From Zygnema circumcarinatum SAG 698-1b (taxonomy: Eukaryota; Plantae; Zygnematophyceae), in assembly GCA_037447605.1 (NCBI GenBank), contig CM074822.1, forward strand, positions 1,077,492 to 1,141,491: a stretch of 64,000 nucleotides of DNA. Direction: 5' to 3'. Every line of letters begins with the position of its first letter. Position 1 is the stretch's first letter. A program made the position numbers and the translations under genes. The notes under the pieces are model-generated. The model made no database searches and was not told where the DNA came from. It worked only from the letters and a program-made list of their open reading frames with translations. Of the stretch, positions 23,369-48,609 are shown piece by piece.

Positions 23369-23881
23369 TGAGGGGGAGGGGGAGGGGAGGGGGAGGGGGG
23401 AGAGTATGGGGGAGGGGGGGAGGGGAGGGGGGAGAGTAGGGGGAGGGGGGGAGGGGGGAGGGGGAGGGGGGAGGGGAGGGGGGAGGGGGAGGGGGAGGGG
23501 GAGAGGAGGGGGAGGGGGAGGGGGGGAGAGAGGGGGAGGGGGAGGGGGGGAGAGAGGGGGGGAGGGGGAGGGGAGGGGGAGGGGAGGGGGGAGGGGAGGG
23601 GGGGGAGAGTAGGGGGAGGGGGAGGGGGAGGGGGAGGGGGAGGGGGAGGGGGAGGGGGAGGGGGAGGGGAGGGGGGAGGGGAGGGGGAGGGGGAGGGGAG
23701 GGGAGGGGGAGGGGGGAGGGGTAGTGGAGGGATGGGGGAGGGGGAGAGGCGGAGGGGAAGAGGGAGAAGAGGGGCGAGGGGGAGGGGGAGAGGGGGAGGG
23801 GAGGGGAGGGGGGGAGGGGAGGGGGGGAGGGGGAGGGGAGGGGAGGGAGGGGAGGGGAGGAGGGGGGGAGAGGGAAGGGGG
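23369..23881 (+). repeat. (GGGGA/GGGGGA)n G-rich tract in intron 2 of the right gene copy
   Basis: Direct reading; the left copy has a different, shorter tract (20255-20423). Confidence 0.9.
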
Positions 23882-26118
23882 AGATTCGTTCTCATTCTGG
23901 CCTTGCGCTGTTTTCTCTGGCACAGTTGTCAACAAAGTGGCTCTCAGAGAGCTGCCTGCTCGTCCCCCTTACGTGGATCCAACTTGCAACACACGAAGGG
24001 GAGAATGTCCTTCACAGGGGGGACGCCAATCAGGCGAAGTACCCAGACGACCGGCGATGCTTTGTCATGGATGAGCACACCTTCATGGAAAACAAGTTTT
24101 GCAAACGCAAGTCCTCACCTCCTCCTCCCCGCAGGTCCCCATCTCCTCCTCCCACCAAACCCCCATCTCCCCCCCCCTGTCACTCCGTCTGCCCCTCCAA
24201 CCCACACGAGCTTTGCGACTTCTTCTTCGCCGGCCATGAGAGGGAGGTCCCCACGTTCCATTTGGGCCACGATGCGGGCAGGGACGAGACGCAGCCTCTC
24301 AGTCCCGGCCTCCGTACATCGAGAGTCGGGGGAGAGGCCGCGGTGAAGGTGGAAGTCGACAGGTCGGGGAGGGGCGCCTTCAGGGAGTGCCCCCATAGTG
24401 AGGAGTCTGCGGGCACTCAGTTCTATCTCACTGGGGAGGACGCCACTCTCAGGGCGCGCACTTATCAGAGAGATCGCGGGGTCGACTTCTTCCTTCATCG
24501 CTGCATTGTGCTCTCTGTGGAGGCCTTCTCCGTGGCCTACAACGGAACTAGGGCCTACAATGTGCCGCCCGACACAGACGGCATCTTTCCGCCGTCTCGC
24601 CGCTGTGTTGTGTTCAGAACTGAGTACTAGGGTTGGCGGGAACGATGGGGGGAGCTGGCTGACGGGATGGCCAAGATGTTGCTTTGACAATTTTTGGGGT
24701 TTGTTTTTTTGAAATGGGAATGATAGAGTTCTCGAGGGAAGAGTTGGGCTTAGATCGCTTTCCAAGATAACAATGGAAGCCGCGAGGAAGAAAGCTTTAG
24801 GTTTGTAGCGCAATGATGTTTGATTCGTCTCCTTATTCCACAAAAGGATCATCATTGAAAGTACTCGTCAGTTGGGAGTGACGTGGCGTTGACCACCAGA
24901 TCGTGGGATGTTTGTGCTTGCTTGAAGGCTTGACTCGAATTCGGCGGATAAATTGAAATCCTTCTTTTGTGCATTTTGAAAAACCACCGCCATTACGTTT
25001 TTCTTTACCAGAGCTGATTCGGTTTGTTCTGACATCACAAATTTGCTTCATCCTCGCCATAATTATGAGAAACGATTCCTGATGAATAGGGCGAGAAACT
25101 TGCCCGTAGACGCAAGTTTATGAGAGTAGTCCTGTCGCTTTATCTCAACCTTAGAGTCGTGGTGCTCTTTTCATGATCCTTGGCGTGAGACATCGCCAGC
25201 CCATTCTACATCGAGACAACAACACATAGCTGAATCACTAGAAACCATTTGCAAACCGAGGCGGAGATTCACCTGTGTCACTCCAAACCGTTATTCCAAA
25301 TGTGTGGGCATTCCTGAGCTTTGGTCCTCCAAGGCATTGGCGGTGTTTGGCTTGACTCGCTCCAGAATGTCCTCTTTGGGGCATTCTTTTGTCCAGGCTG
25401 GAGGAAGGAATGGATGACACTCCCTATTGAGCATGAGAGGTTATAGGGTTTTCGGGTAGGTTGAGAGCATGCCACAGTACACAGAGTAGTAGGCTCTGGC
25501 TCCTATAGCCAGAGAGAAGTAGAGAGGGAAGGCGAGGGAGCGGACATGACCAAATGGGGTGGGTGTGTGAGTGGGAGGGAGGGAGGGCGGGAGGGAGAGA
25601 GGGAGGGAGGGAGAGAGGGAGAGAGGGAGAGAGGGAGCGAGGGGGAGGATGAAGTCGGGAGGGAGGGAGAGGGAGAGGGAGGGTGTTGGGATTGGGAGGA
25701 AGAGGGAGAGGGAGAGTACGTGCGTGGAGAGAGAGCCTCCCCCCGCTCCAAAGCACAAGAGGAAGAACAAAGAAAAGGCCCTGCCAAAGCTTCGTGCTTG
25801 GAAGCCCCGCCTGCCTAACTCACATTATAACATTGCAAATACAAAGGAAGTAGAGCAGACGGCATCCTACGAACGTTTCCGGTCGACCAGTGTTAGTCAT
25901 CGGGATCGACCGACCTTCTTTATTCACGACTAAACCACAAAGATTAAAGTCTATGCCCGAGAGTGGGTGCTAAATAGCCTTGCTAACGAACATTGACTTC
26001 CTCTTTCTCTTTCTAGAGATCCCATACTCTCAGCCTCCCACTCTCTTCCATTTCCCCATACTAATCTCAGGCAGCAAGTCATTTTTGGACCCGCTTTCCC
26101 TCTCCTCTCCCTCTCTCC

Positions 26119-28740
26119 TCAGGTCCCTCCTTCCCTTACTTCCCCCTCTTTTCCGCTACTTCTCAATTTCCTTCTTCCTGACTCCTGCTCTCCTTCAGCC
26201 TTAGCAGTATAAGCCCTACTCACCACTTCATCATCCCCCCCTCTCCCACATGGCTGCTTAGCCTTTAGTGCCCCCTCTCCTTCTGTAGAATCCTCTCCTT
26301 CCGTACTGACTCCTACTCCATTTAGACCTACCCCCACCCCACCTTCGAAAGGAAGGGAACCCCTATCTTTGTCTCCCTCACTAGCCTCAATAAGGCCGCC
26401 ATTATCACAGGATTCAATCGCTCCCTCACTCCTTCCTTTTCCTTCACTACCTCCTCCATCTTCCCCTCCCAGGTTATCGCTCAAAGTGGGTTTTTTTCTC
26501 CGACGAGTTCGAACCTTCTTCTTTCCTACCAAATCCGAAGACTGAGTTCTCTTTGCTACCATCGGAATTCCTGCAGCTTTCATCTCCTCCCACAGTGCTT
26601 GAGCTCCCTCTCTCCTCCCTGCTTTCCAGTAGGCTTCTAACATGGATGCATACATAACCCCATCCGGTTTTATGTCCGAAGATCTCATCTCTTCAAAGAC
26701 TCTCACTGCATCTCTATACATGCCTGCCTTCTTGTATACTTTAATCATTGTCCCATACAATACTTCGTCCAAAGGGCAACCTGCTGTTCTCACATCCTGG
26801 TAAAGATTAATAGCCTCCGGATAAAGCTCTGCAGTGCCAAGTGCATTTATCAAAGAGCTATAAGTCACTCCATCAGCTTTATAACCTGCAAGCTGCATTT
26901 TTCGGAAGGTTGATTCTGCTTCCTGAATCATTCCCGCCTTACCAAAAGCATCAATGAGAGAATTAAAAGTAAACTCATTGGGCTCTTGCCCAGCTTCCTG
27001 CATCTCCTTGAAAGTATCCAAAACCCTATCAATCTTTTTGGCTTTCCCATACATGTCTATCATACAGCTGTACACCACATTGTTAGGTTTAAGCCCTTTC
27101 TGCTTCATGTCTGCAAATAGACCTTCCGCATCTCTAACTTTCCCTGCCTTTGAAAAAACTCCAATAATCGCCGAATAAGTAACCTCCCCAAAAGCACACT
27201 TTTTCTCATTCATTTCTCTGAAAACTTCAATAGCTTGCCTCCACTTCTTTCCTGCTGCATATGAAGCCATTAACGAACTGTAAATAACTTCGTCCGGTTT
27301 TAATCCGTCCGATTCCATCATTCTCATCAAAGCTGTAACTCTCTCCTGCATTTGAGCTGCTCCAAATATATGCACAAGTGTCGCATAACTGAATTTGTCA
27401 GGCGAGATTCCACTCTCTCTCATCTCCAAGAAAAGACTATATGCCTCCTCCTTCCTTCCTGCTCTACCCAAACTATCCATTATGCAATTCCAGCATGTAC
27501 AATCCAAAGCTACTCCTTCCTTTTGAAGCTCACGAAAAAGACATAAAGCTTCATCAGCTTCCCCTGCCTTTCCATGTAAGTCAATCATCGTACTGTAGGC
27601 TACTAAATCTGCCATGTATCCTCTCTCTCTCATCCTCCCAAACATCTCCTTTGCCTCCTCTTTCAGCCCTGCATTCCCACATGCAGAGATCAAAGTCCCA
27701 TATGTGAATCTGTCTGGTTGAAGTCCTGCTTTCTTCATCTCCTCAAAAATCTCCATCGCCTGCTTATGCATTCTTGCTCGCCCATAGACATTGATCATAG
27801 CATTGAATGTAACGGAGTCTGGAGCACATCCATTTGATTTCATATGCTGAAACCATTTTTCTGCAGTCTCAACTCGATGAGATTTTCCTGCAAAACTTAT
27901 GACTGTGCAATATATGACATTGTCTGGTAAACATCTCCCTTCCTCCATCATCTCAGTCAACAAATCTTCAACTTCCTTCCATCTCTCCGCCTTTAGGAGA
28001 GACTTAACCAGCATTGTGTAGGAGTAGATATCTGGAAAAACAAAGGATTTCATCCAATCTACAAACTCCACAGCCTTTTGCCAGCCCTTGATCCCCTTCA
28101 GCACTCCATTCATGTCTAAAGCTGAAAGTTTTCCCTCCCATTCTCTCAAAGCCAATGAAAGACTTTCCCTTTGAGACAAATTCTGCACAATTCTCCTCAC
28201 TTCCTGCACTCTCTCTGGCTGTATCGCTCCTGACCTTCGACTAAAATCTGACTTTTTGACCGGCTGAGATCCCTCTCCTTCTCCTCCCTTGACTGACTCT
28301 CCTCCAGTCTTATAAAGTACCCTAATTCCCTTTCTATACTGAGCTTCTGCAGGTGTCCAGTTCGCCCGAACCCCACTACTTTTGCAGCTTGTTTGAAGTC
28401 TTCCATTTGCAGGCCTCTGCTCAACCTGCTCTTGAAATGACTCTCCACTACTGGTGCATGTTTCAGCATTCCATCGCGAGAATTTATCATAGCTTTTCTT
28501 CAAATCATTCACAGTTGAAATTCCACTTCCACTTCCGCTTCCTCCCCTATATTTTCCACCCTCCCCTTGTGCTGGAGAGCCCCCTAAACTCCACCCTGTC
28601 GTATCTGCTCTCTCTACCACAATTTCAGATCTTACCATCCGCTTCCATTTGCATTCCAAAACACTTTCACCGATTTTCCTTCCCCGACTTAGTCTCCATC
28701 CCAACTCCATCGCTGCTGCCAAGCCCGTCTGCAAAGCCAT
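26119..28740 (-). CDS. P-class pentatricopeptide repeat protein, single exon, ~873 aa
   Basis: ORF 26119..28767 (TTG start); first ATG at 28740. About 14 tandem 35-aa motifs, e.g. PDSVTFNAMINVYGRARMHKQAMEIFEEMKKAGLQ and PDRFTYGTLISACGNAGLKEEAKEMFGRMRERGYM. No E/DYW domain seen. Confidence 0.95.
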   Translation of the reverse strand: MALQTGLAAAMELGWRLSRGRKIGESVLECKWKRMVRSEIVVERADTTGWSLGGSPAQGEGGKYRGGSGSGSGISTVNDLKKSYDKFSRWNAETCTSSGESFQEQVEQRPANGRLQTSCKSSGVRANWTPAEAQYRKGIRVLYKTGGESVKGGEGEGSQPVKKSDFSRRSGAIQPERVQEVRRIVQNLSQRESLSLALREWEGKLSALDMNGVLKGIKGWQKAVEFVDWMKSFVFPDIYSYTMLVKSLLKAERWKEVEDLLTEMMEEGRCLPDNVIYCTVISFAGKSHRVETAEKWFQHMKSNGCAPDSVTFNAMINVYGRARMHKQAMEIFEEMKKAGLQPDRFTYGTLISACGNAGLKEEAKEMFGRMRERGYMADLVAYSTMIDLHGKAGEADEALCLFRELQKEGVALDCTCWNCIMDSLGRAGRKEEAYSLFLEMRESGISPDKFSYATLVHIFGAAQMQERVTALMRMMESDGLKPDEVIYSSLMASYAAGKKWRQAIEVFREMNEKKCAFGEVTYSAIIGVFSKAGKVRDAEGLFADMKQKGLKPNNVVYSCMIDMYGKAKKIDRVLDTFKEMQEAGQEPNEFTFNSLIDAFGKAGMIQEAESTFRKMQLAGYKADGVTYSSLINALGTAELYPEAINLYQDVRTAGCPLDEVLYGTMIKVYKKAGMYRDAVRVFEEMRSSDIKPDGVMYASMLEAYWKAGRREGAQALWEEMKAAGIPMVAKRTQSSDLVGKKKVRTRRRKKPTLSDNLGGEDGGGSEGKGRSEGAIESCDNGGLIEASEGDKDRGSLPFEGGVGVGLNGVGVSTEGEDSTEGEGALKAKQPCGRGGDDEVVSRAYTAKAEGEQESGRRKLRSSGKEGEVREGGT

Positions 28741-29357
28741 ATCTGATGAATATTGCCTTACTTCCAAGCCAGCAAAGGAAGCACTTGCACTGCTCCAGCA
28801 GTCAGGATGTAAAACAAGTCGCTGAGCACGATGTCCATGAGACTCCCCAAAGTATCAAACGATGAAGGCCGAAGTATGGTCTGCATCACATGCGTGAAAA
28901 CGAAGTCAGAGAAGGATGAGCCAAGCCATGGCCATGGTCAGCCATTGGTCAGCCTAAAAGGGTAAAGATAAAGTGTATTATAACTCATGCTCTATGTCTG
29001 ACAAACCAAACACATTGCGTTTCTTCTCTTTGAGAGCATGCATCATGTTTAAGTTGAAGCAGAGGATGAAGTCTATTCTTGCAAGCAGCAGCTATTGTAG
29101 TCCAAACCATCAGCTGGTTTGCCATTTTTCATTTGCAGGGTTTTACAAACAAGGACTGAGAGTATCAATCCTTTTTCCAACTAAGGAAAATCTTATCTGT
29201 AATAACAAAACTTGAATAAATTGAAATAATCGTATAACAATAAATGGAATAAATTCGGACTACTGTCGAGCAAAAACTAAAAGGACATTTCTGAATTCTT
29301 TCCAAAGATAAATTGAATCTATTTCCGGAGCAATTTAAGTATTTGCAGAAAAGGACA

Positions 29358-29414
<57 letters not shown>

Positions 29415-30719
29415 CGCTCTTCTCTCTCTCTGTCTCTCCCAGTCTCTCACTCTCTCTCTTTTCTCTCTCTATCTCTTCTCTCTCTCTCGCTCTTCTCTCC
29501 CTCTCATCTCTCTCTCTCTCACTCCTCTCTCGGCTGCTAGGAGAGAGAACACTATTCTAAGCTCAAGTTTTGTAAAAATATTCAAATAAATAATCATAGC
29601 GACGGCAGAAAGTATGCACTACAAAATCTGTGCATGCAATTTATAAAAATGCAAACTGTCAGAAAACCTATCCTTCACTCCGATTCCTCCTCTTCTCTTC
29701 TTATGCTTGCAGGATGCATTGTCTGAACATACATACTCCTCAACATTGTGCTTCATCCTAAAATAAAGCACATATATTTACTGCAATTCATCCTTATCCT
29801 TATCTTTATCTTTATCTTTACCTTTATCTCCTTCATAGAGATGCAAGGACGAATGAGAAGCCTAAAAGTAATAGATGATAATGATGATGATTATGTCTGA
29901 ATCAGAGCATGCAAATGCTGCAGAGGGTTATTCAAGATAACTGGAGACAAAATTTCCAGAGGGAATGTGCATGGGAAATAGGGCGCTTTTTCCAAATAAA
30001 AATCCAGAAATTTCTTCTAAAAGTTCTTCCAAATGTGAAAAAAAAACTGATTTCTGGCAAGAGAGAAAGAGCAATCAATACCTTCACAGCTGAAAAACGT
30101 TCCAGAGGGAATTAGAAAAATGCTGTTTGAAAAAAAAAAAAAAAGGGTATCGTCCATCACTGGTCTATCACTGATGTGAATCTCAAGACAATAGAGATAA
30201 AATATATATAAAAAAAAAATTAAATGAGTGATTCACTGAATCTGCATCCTCATTCATCAGAAAAATCACTTCAAGAGAAGCCCTGCAGCAAAGCGACCGA
30301 ACGGAGGTCCACCCCAATGGATGATCTCAGATCCACATATCTCCATTATCAAGATCAACATAACCGTCTCGCCTTGACCCTTTTATCCCGCATCAGGTAG
30401 AATCCAAACTTGCCTCAGAATGCTACACATGGACGTAGATCCCATGATCCACTTGTCCGATGGGTGCTAGATCAATCTTTGATCTTGGCCCGTGGACCCT
30501 GCGGCTGTCCCTCGGATCTACTCTGTGATCCGCGGCCGTGAATCCCGCTCAGCCAATCAGCGCGCGGAAAAAAAATGTGAGGAGCGACTACCGGGTGACG
30601 CGTGGATAAGGTACGGACCCAAAAAAAAATCAGTTTTTTCTTTGAGATTTTAAGAAGGCTTTTTGGGGTTTTAGTTTTTCCTTCCAACTGGGTTTGCAGT
30701 TTTTTAGAAAAAAAAGGGC

Positions 30720-32870
30720 CGATAATATCGTATCGGACTTAATGATTGTAATATCGAATCGTATCTAAAATCGGACTGAGCACAATAATACCGAATCGGA
30801 CTCAAAACAATAATACTGAGTCGAGCCGAAAACGATAATAGCGAATCGGACTTATCACAATTTTATCGAATTGTATTGATAAATCGTATCGTATCGACAA
30901 AGATAGTGACGAATTGGACTGACATCAATAATATCGAGTTGGACTTGACGACGAAAACATCGAATTGGTTTGAAACGATATAAACGTACGATATAAACGT
31001 ATCGATATAAGTACAATAATACTGAATCGTACTGCAAACAATATTACTGAATCGATCCGGAAACGGTAATAGCAAGTTGGACATATCACGATAATATCGA
31101 GTCGTATTGAATATATTATACCGTAGCATATCGAAAACGATAATACTGAATCGGACTGACAACAATAATATTGATTCGGACTGATAACGATAGCATCGAA
31201 TTTGGCTGAAACGATAATAACGTATCGACCTTAGTACAATAATACCGATAATTGTTAATCGGACTGACCACGATAATTTCGTTTTAATATCGTATTATAT
31301 TGAAACTGATAATATCGGAGCGTATTATAACAATGGTATCGCGCTGGACTGATGAAGATAATATCGGCTCGAACTGTTGACAAACGTATCGTATCGAGAT
31401 GATGACGATACCATCGAATCGACTCTAGAGACAATATTATAGAATAGGACCGGAGACGATAATATCGATTCGAACTGGAGACGATAGTATCGAGCCAAGT
31501 GGTCTGCTTGCTAGGCCGATTGTTGTGGACATTTCATGTTATTGTTATACATGGCTTACAAATGATTGCCATGGATGTACCTTTAGAGCAGAAGCTGCGG
31601 AGGTCACCAATGAAAGTCAATGAATGGTTTCAGATGACAGTATCGTTGGTTGGTATGTGGTTTCATGACATGCTATGTTTGGTGAGTGCGGAGAGTCAAT
31701 CGATTACCAATAGTTTGTTTGATTGTTTTACACAAAATGACCTTATTGCTCTATTTAAAGGTCATGTAGTCCTCGGCGGCACTTGGGCCTGACTGCTTGA
31801 TGCTGCAGCAATGCAGGCACCATTCATGCTCGGTTCGATTGAATACTATCGCGCTCGGTTTCGGTTCAATACTATCGTGCTCGGTTCGATTCCATACTAT
31901 CGTGTTCGGTTCGATTCAGTATTATCGTGCTCAGTTCGATTCAATATTATCGCGATCGGTCCGATTCAGTACTATCGTGCTCGGTTCGGTTCAATACTAT
32001 CGTTATCAGTTCAATTCAGTACTATCGCGCTCGGTTCAATTCAGTACTATCGCGCTCGGTTCGATTCAGTACTATCGTGCTCGGTTTGGTTCAATACTAT
32101 CGTCCTCGGTTCAATTCAGTACTATCGTGCTCGGCTCGGTTCAGTACTATCGTCCTCGGTTCGATTCAGTATTATTGTGCTCGGTTGGATTCAGTACTAT
32201 CGTGCTCGGTTGGATTCAATATTATCGTGCTCGGTTCTATTCAGTATTACTGTGTTCGGTTCGATTCAATACTATCGCGGTCAGTTCGGCTCAATAATAT
32301 CGTGCTCGGTTCGATTCCATACTATCGTGCTCGGTTCGATTCAGTATTATTGTGCTCAGTTCGATTCAATATTATCGCGCTCGGTTCGATTCAGTACTAT
32401 CGTGCTCAGTTCGATTCATTACTATCGTGATCGGTTCGATTCAATACTATCGTGCTCAGTTGGATTCAGTACTATCGTGCTCGGTTCGATTCAGTATTAT
32501 TGTGTTCGGTTCGATTCAATACTATCGCGCTCGGTTCGGTTCAATACTATCGTGCTCGGTTCGGTTCAATACTATCGTCGTCAGTTCAATTCAGTACTAT
32601 CGTGCTCAGTTGGATTCAGTACTATCGTGCTCAGTTCGATTCAATACTATCGCGCTCGGTTCGATTCAGTACTATCGTGATCGGTTCGATTCAATATTAT
32701 CGCGCTCGGTTCGATTCAGTACTATCGTGCTCGGTTCGGTTCAATACTATCGTTCTCAGTTCAGTTCAATATTATCGTGCTCGGTGCAAGTCAATTATCG
32801 TGCTCGGTTCAATTCAATACTATCGTGCTCGGTTCAATTCAATATTATTGTGCTCGGTTCGATTCAATAC
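30720..32870. mobile_element. Foldback-like element: diverged 25-bp subrepeat block (30720-31498), ~320-bp spacer, and homogeneous inverted block of ~41 x 25 bp (31843-32870)
   Basis: Right unit TACTATCGTGCTCGGTTCGATTCAG; left units such as ACAATAATACTGAATCGGACTGA are its reverse complement. Termini and TSD not identified. Confidence 0.55.
31843..32870 (+). repeat. 25-bp tandem minisatellite, ~41 copies
   Basis: Consensus TACTATCGTGCTCGGTTCGATTCAG; it produces the repetitive IQYYRARF ORFs in all frames. Confidence 0.95.
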
Positions 32871-34516
32871 TGAAAAATATAACCCAACTGAATAAGGGAA
32901 ACGAGGAACCAAGCCAGAGTCAGCAATGCAGCGCTGAACCAAACTAAGTTTAAGCAAACCAAACCAAGGAAAATAACCAATGGAACCAAACCAATAAACT
33001 AAACGAAACCAAAGCAAGCAGAAGCAAGACAAGGATTATCTATTTAGGACCGAAAAAAACTGGAAACTGGAACGGGAGCCAGGACAGCAGGATAGCAAGG
33101 TTATCCCTTTTCTTTTCACAAGGATTCTGTACCCTGCATTGGTTTCCAATGCACATATTTTACTTCTGTTTGCTTTTGGGCCATCCCCGGTACTTTAGTA
33201 AAGTCTCATCAAAACACGGAATTTGCATCTCCCATTGCTTAGCTGCCCCTGCTCGCCAGACCTGCTTGGCCTTAAGCATTCTAAAGAGCCTCCCTCGGAG
33301 GAAAATGTTCGGCGTGCCACTAGTCATGTGCCTTGTGTTGTAGCGAGGAGGATATTTTCTTTCGGGCCCTTATTCACGATGCTTTTATCGCTTCCAATGA
33401 CTGTAGCAAATAATTAGGAGCCAACAGACCATTACTCATTACTTTCCACACAAAAAACCACACATTCTCAATTCACAGGCTGAAAGTACATTTAGGGTAA
33501 CCGCAGTAGAAGCAGCAGAGAAAGGCATTCCATTCTCCCTCTTCTCTCCGCCCAACGAAAATCGATCACACAGCTTCCGCGATGTTGCCTTAAATGCATT
33601 CACCTGCGGAAAGCATTTCTCCCTCTCTCCTTTTTCCCTCACTCTCTCTCGCTGTATCTCTCTCTGTCTCTCTCTCTCCCTCTCCGCATTTTCATTTCTT
33701 CCCTGAAGCAAGCCACTGCACGCCTGGACCACAGGGCCTGAGCAGGACATGGCCATGGCCATGGCGGCAGCACCTCCTGCAGGAGCCATGGTAGGATTCA
33801 CCCTTAACCTTTCCTCCATTCCGGACTTCAGTCAAAAATCTCTAATCGCGACTTGCCACCTGTACAGCAGGTACACGTGGCAAATTTCGATTGGAAGTTC
33901 TGGAACAAAAATAGTCAAGCATCTTCCACTCAGGTTTCGCCACGTATACAGTATTGTACACGATGCGTATTTCGATTGGATGATGGTTGACTATAGCTCA
34001 CAGAAGAGAAAGGCCCCTGAAAGCCTGAAAGCCTGAAAGCCTGAAAGCCTGAAAGGAAAACAAAAAAGCCAAAATGCTTTACGTTAGAAAGGTACATCGG
34101 CATGCAAGGTACCCTCGACGGAAACCCACCGAGAGAGAGACAGAGAGAGGGAGCATCGGAGTGGGAGAGCGCGAGAGAGACAGATTGAGATTGAGGGAGG
34201 GAGAGAGAGAGCATCGGAGTGGGAGAGCACGAGAGAGACAGATTGAGATTGCGGGAGATAGAGAGAGAGCATCGGAGTGGGAGAGCGCAGGGAATGAATT
34301 GAGGGAGAGAGAAGGATGTGAAAGATGGGGAAGAGCGCGAGAAGAAGAGACAGGTGGGGTGAGGGAGAGAGAGAGAGAGAGGATTGAAGTGGGAGAGCGC
34401 GAGAGAGACAGATTGAGATTGAGGGAGATAGAGAGAGAGCATCGGAGTGGGAGAGCATGAGAGACAGATTGAGATTGAGAGAGAGAGGGAGTGAGGGAGA
34501 GAGAGAGAGAGAGATA

Positions 34517-34561
<45 letters not shown>

Positions 34562-34568
34562 CACCTAA

Positions 34569-48391
<13,823 letters not shown>

Positions 48392-48413
48392 TGGATAGAG
48401 ATGAGGCCGACTT

Positions 48414-48437
48414 TCAATTCGGTGAAATGAGCCGCAT
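48414..48437 (-). promoter_or_regulatory. Short uORF (MRLISPN*) in the RLK 5' UTR
   Basis: ATG at 48437, stop ending at 48414, 22 nt before the main ATG; it follows a TTTTTTTGCAG acceptor at ~48470. Confidence 0.45.
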
Positions 48438-48527
48438 ATTCACACCAGCTGAAATTTGAAGTTCAGAGTCTGCAAAAAAAACATTATTTCGAGATTGAAT
48501 GCGCCGAAGATATTTGCACGAACATGT

Positions 48528-48609
<82 letters not shown>

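Larger units (their letters stand above)
22707..24630 (+). pseudogene. Right copy of the same 3-exon gene; one G short at the exon-2 donor (frameshift or homopolymer error)
   Basis: Exons 22707-22840, 23152-23367, 23926-24630. CTGGG|GTGAG here versus CTGGGG|GTGAG in the left copy; otherwise near-identical protein (K/R near the C-terminus). Confidence 0.45.
18990..25150. repeat. ~6.2-kb inverted duplication (palindrome) with ~110-bp central spacer at 22216-22324
   Basis: Mirror ORFs give coordinate sums 43792 (20887/22905, 20669/23123, 21085/22707), 44147 (19517/24630) and 44541 (innermost arms 21985-22215 / 22325-22555). Outer homology is traceable to ~18990/25150 (CTCATAATTA 19071 versus TAATTATGAG 25060). 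Confidence 0.95.

Noticed and set aside
31797-32895. Repetitive IQYYRARF proteins in several frames
   Set aside because: They are translations of a 25-bp satellite; 25 is not a multiple of 3 and all frames cycle through the same peptides.
33439-33819. Separate gene starting MAPAGGAAAMAMAMSCSG, or an upstream PPR exon
   Set aside because: It includes a GA microsatellite, I could not build an open spliced continuation (candidate exon near 33400 closes in all frames), and no homology was recognised.
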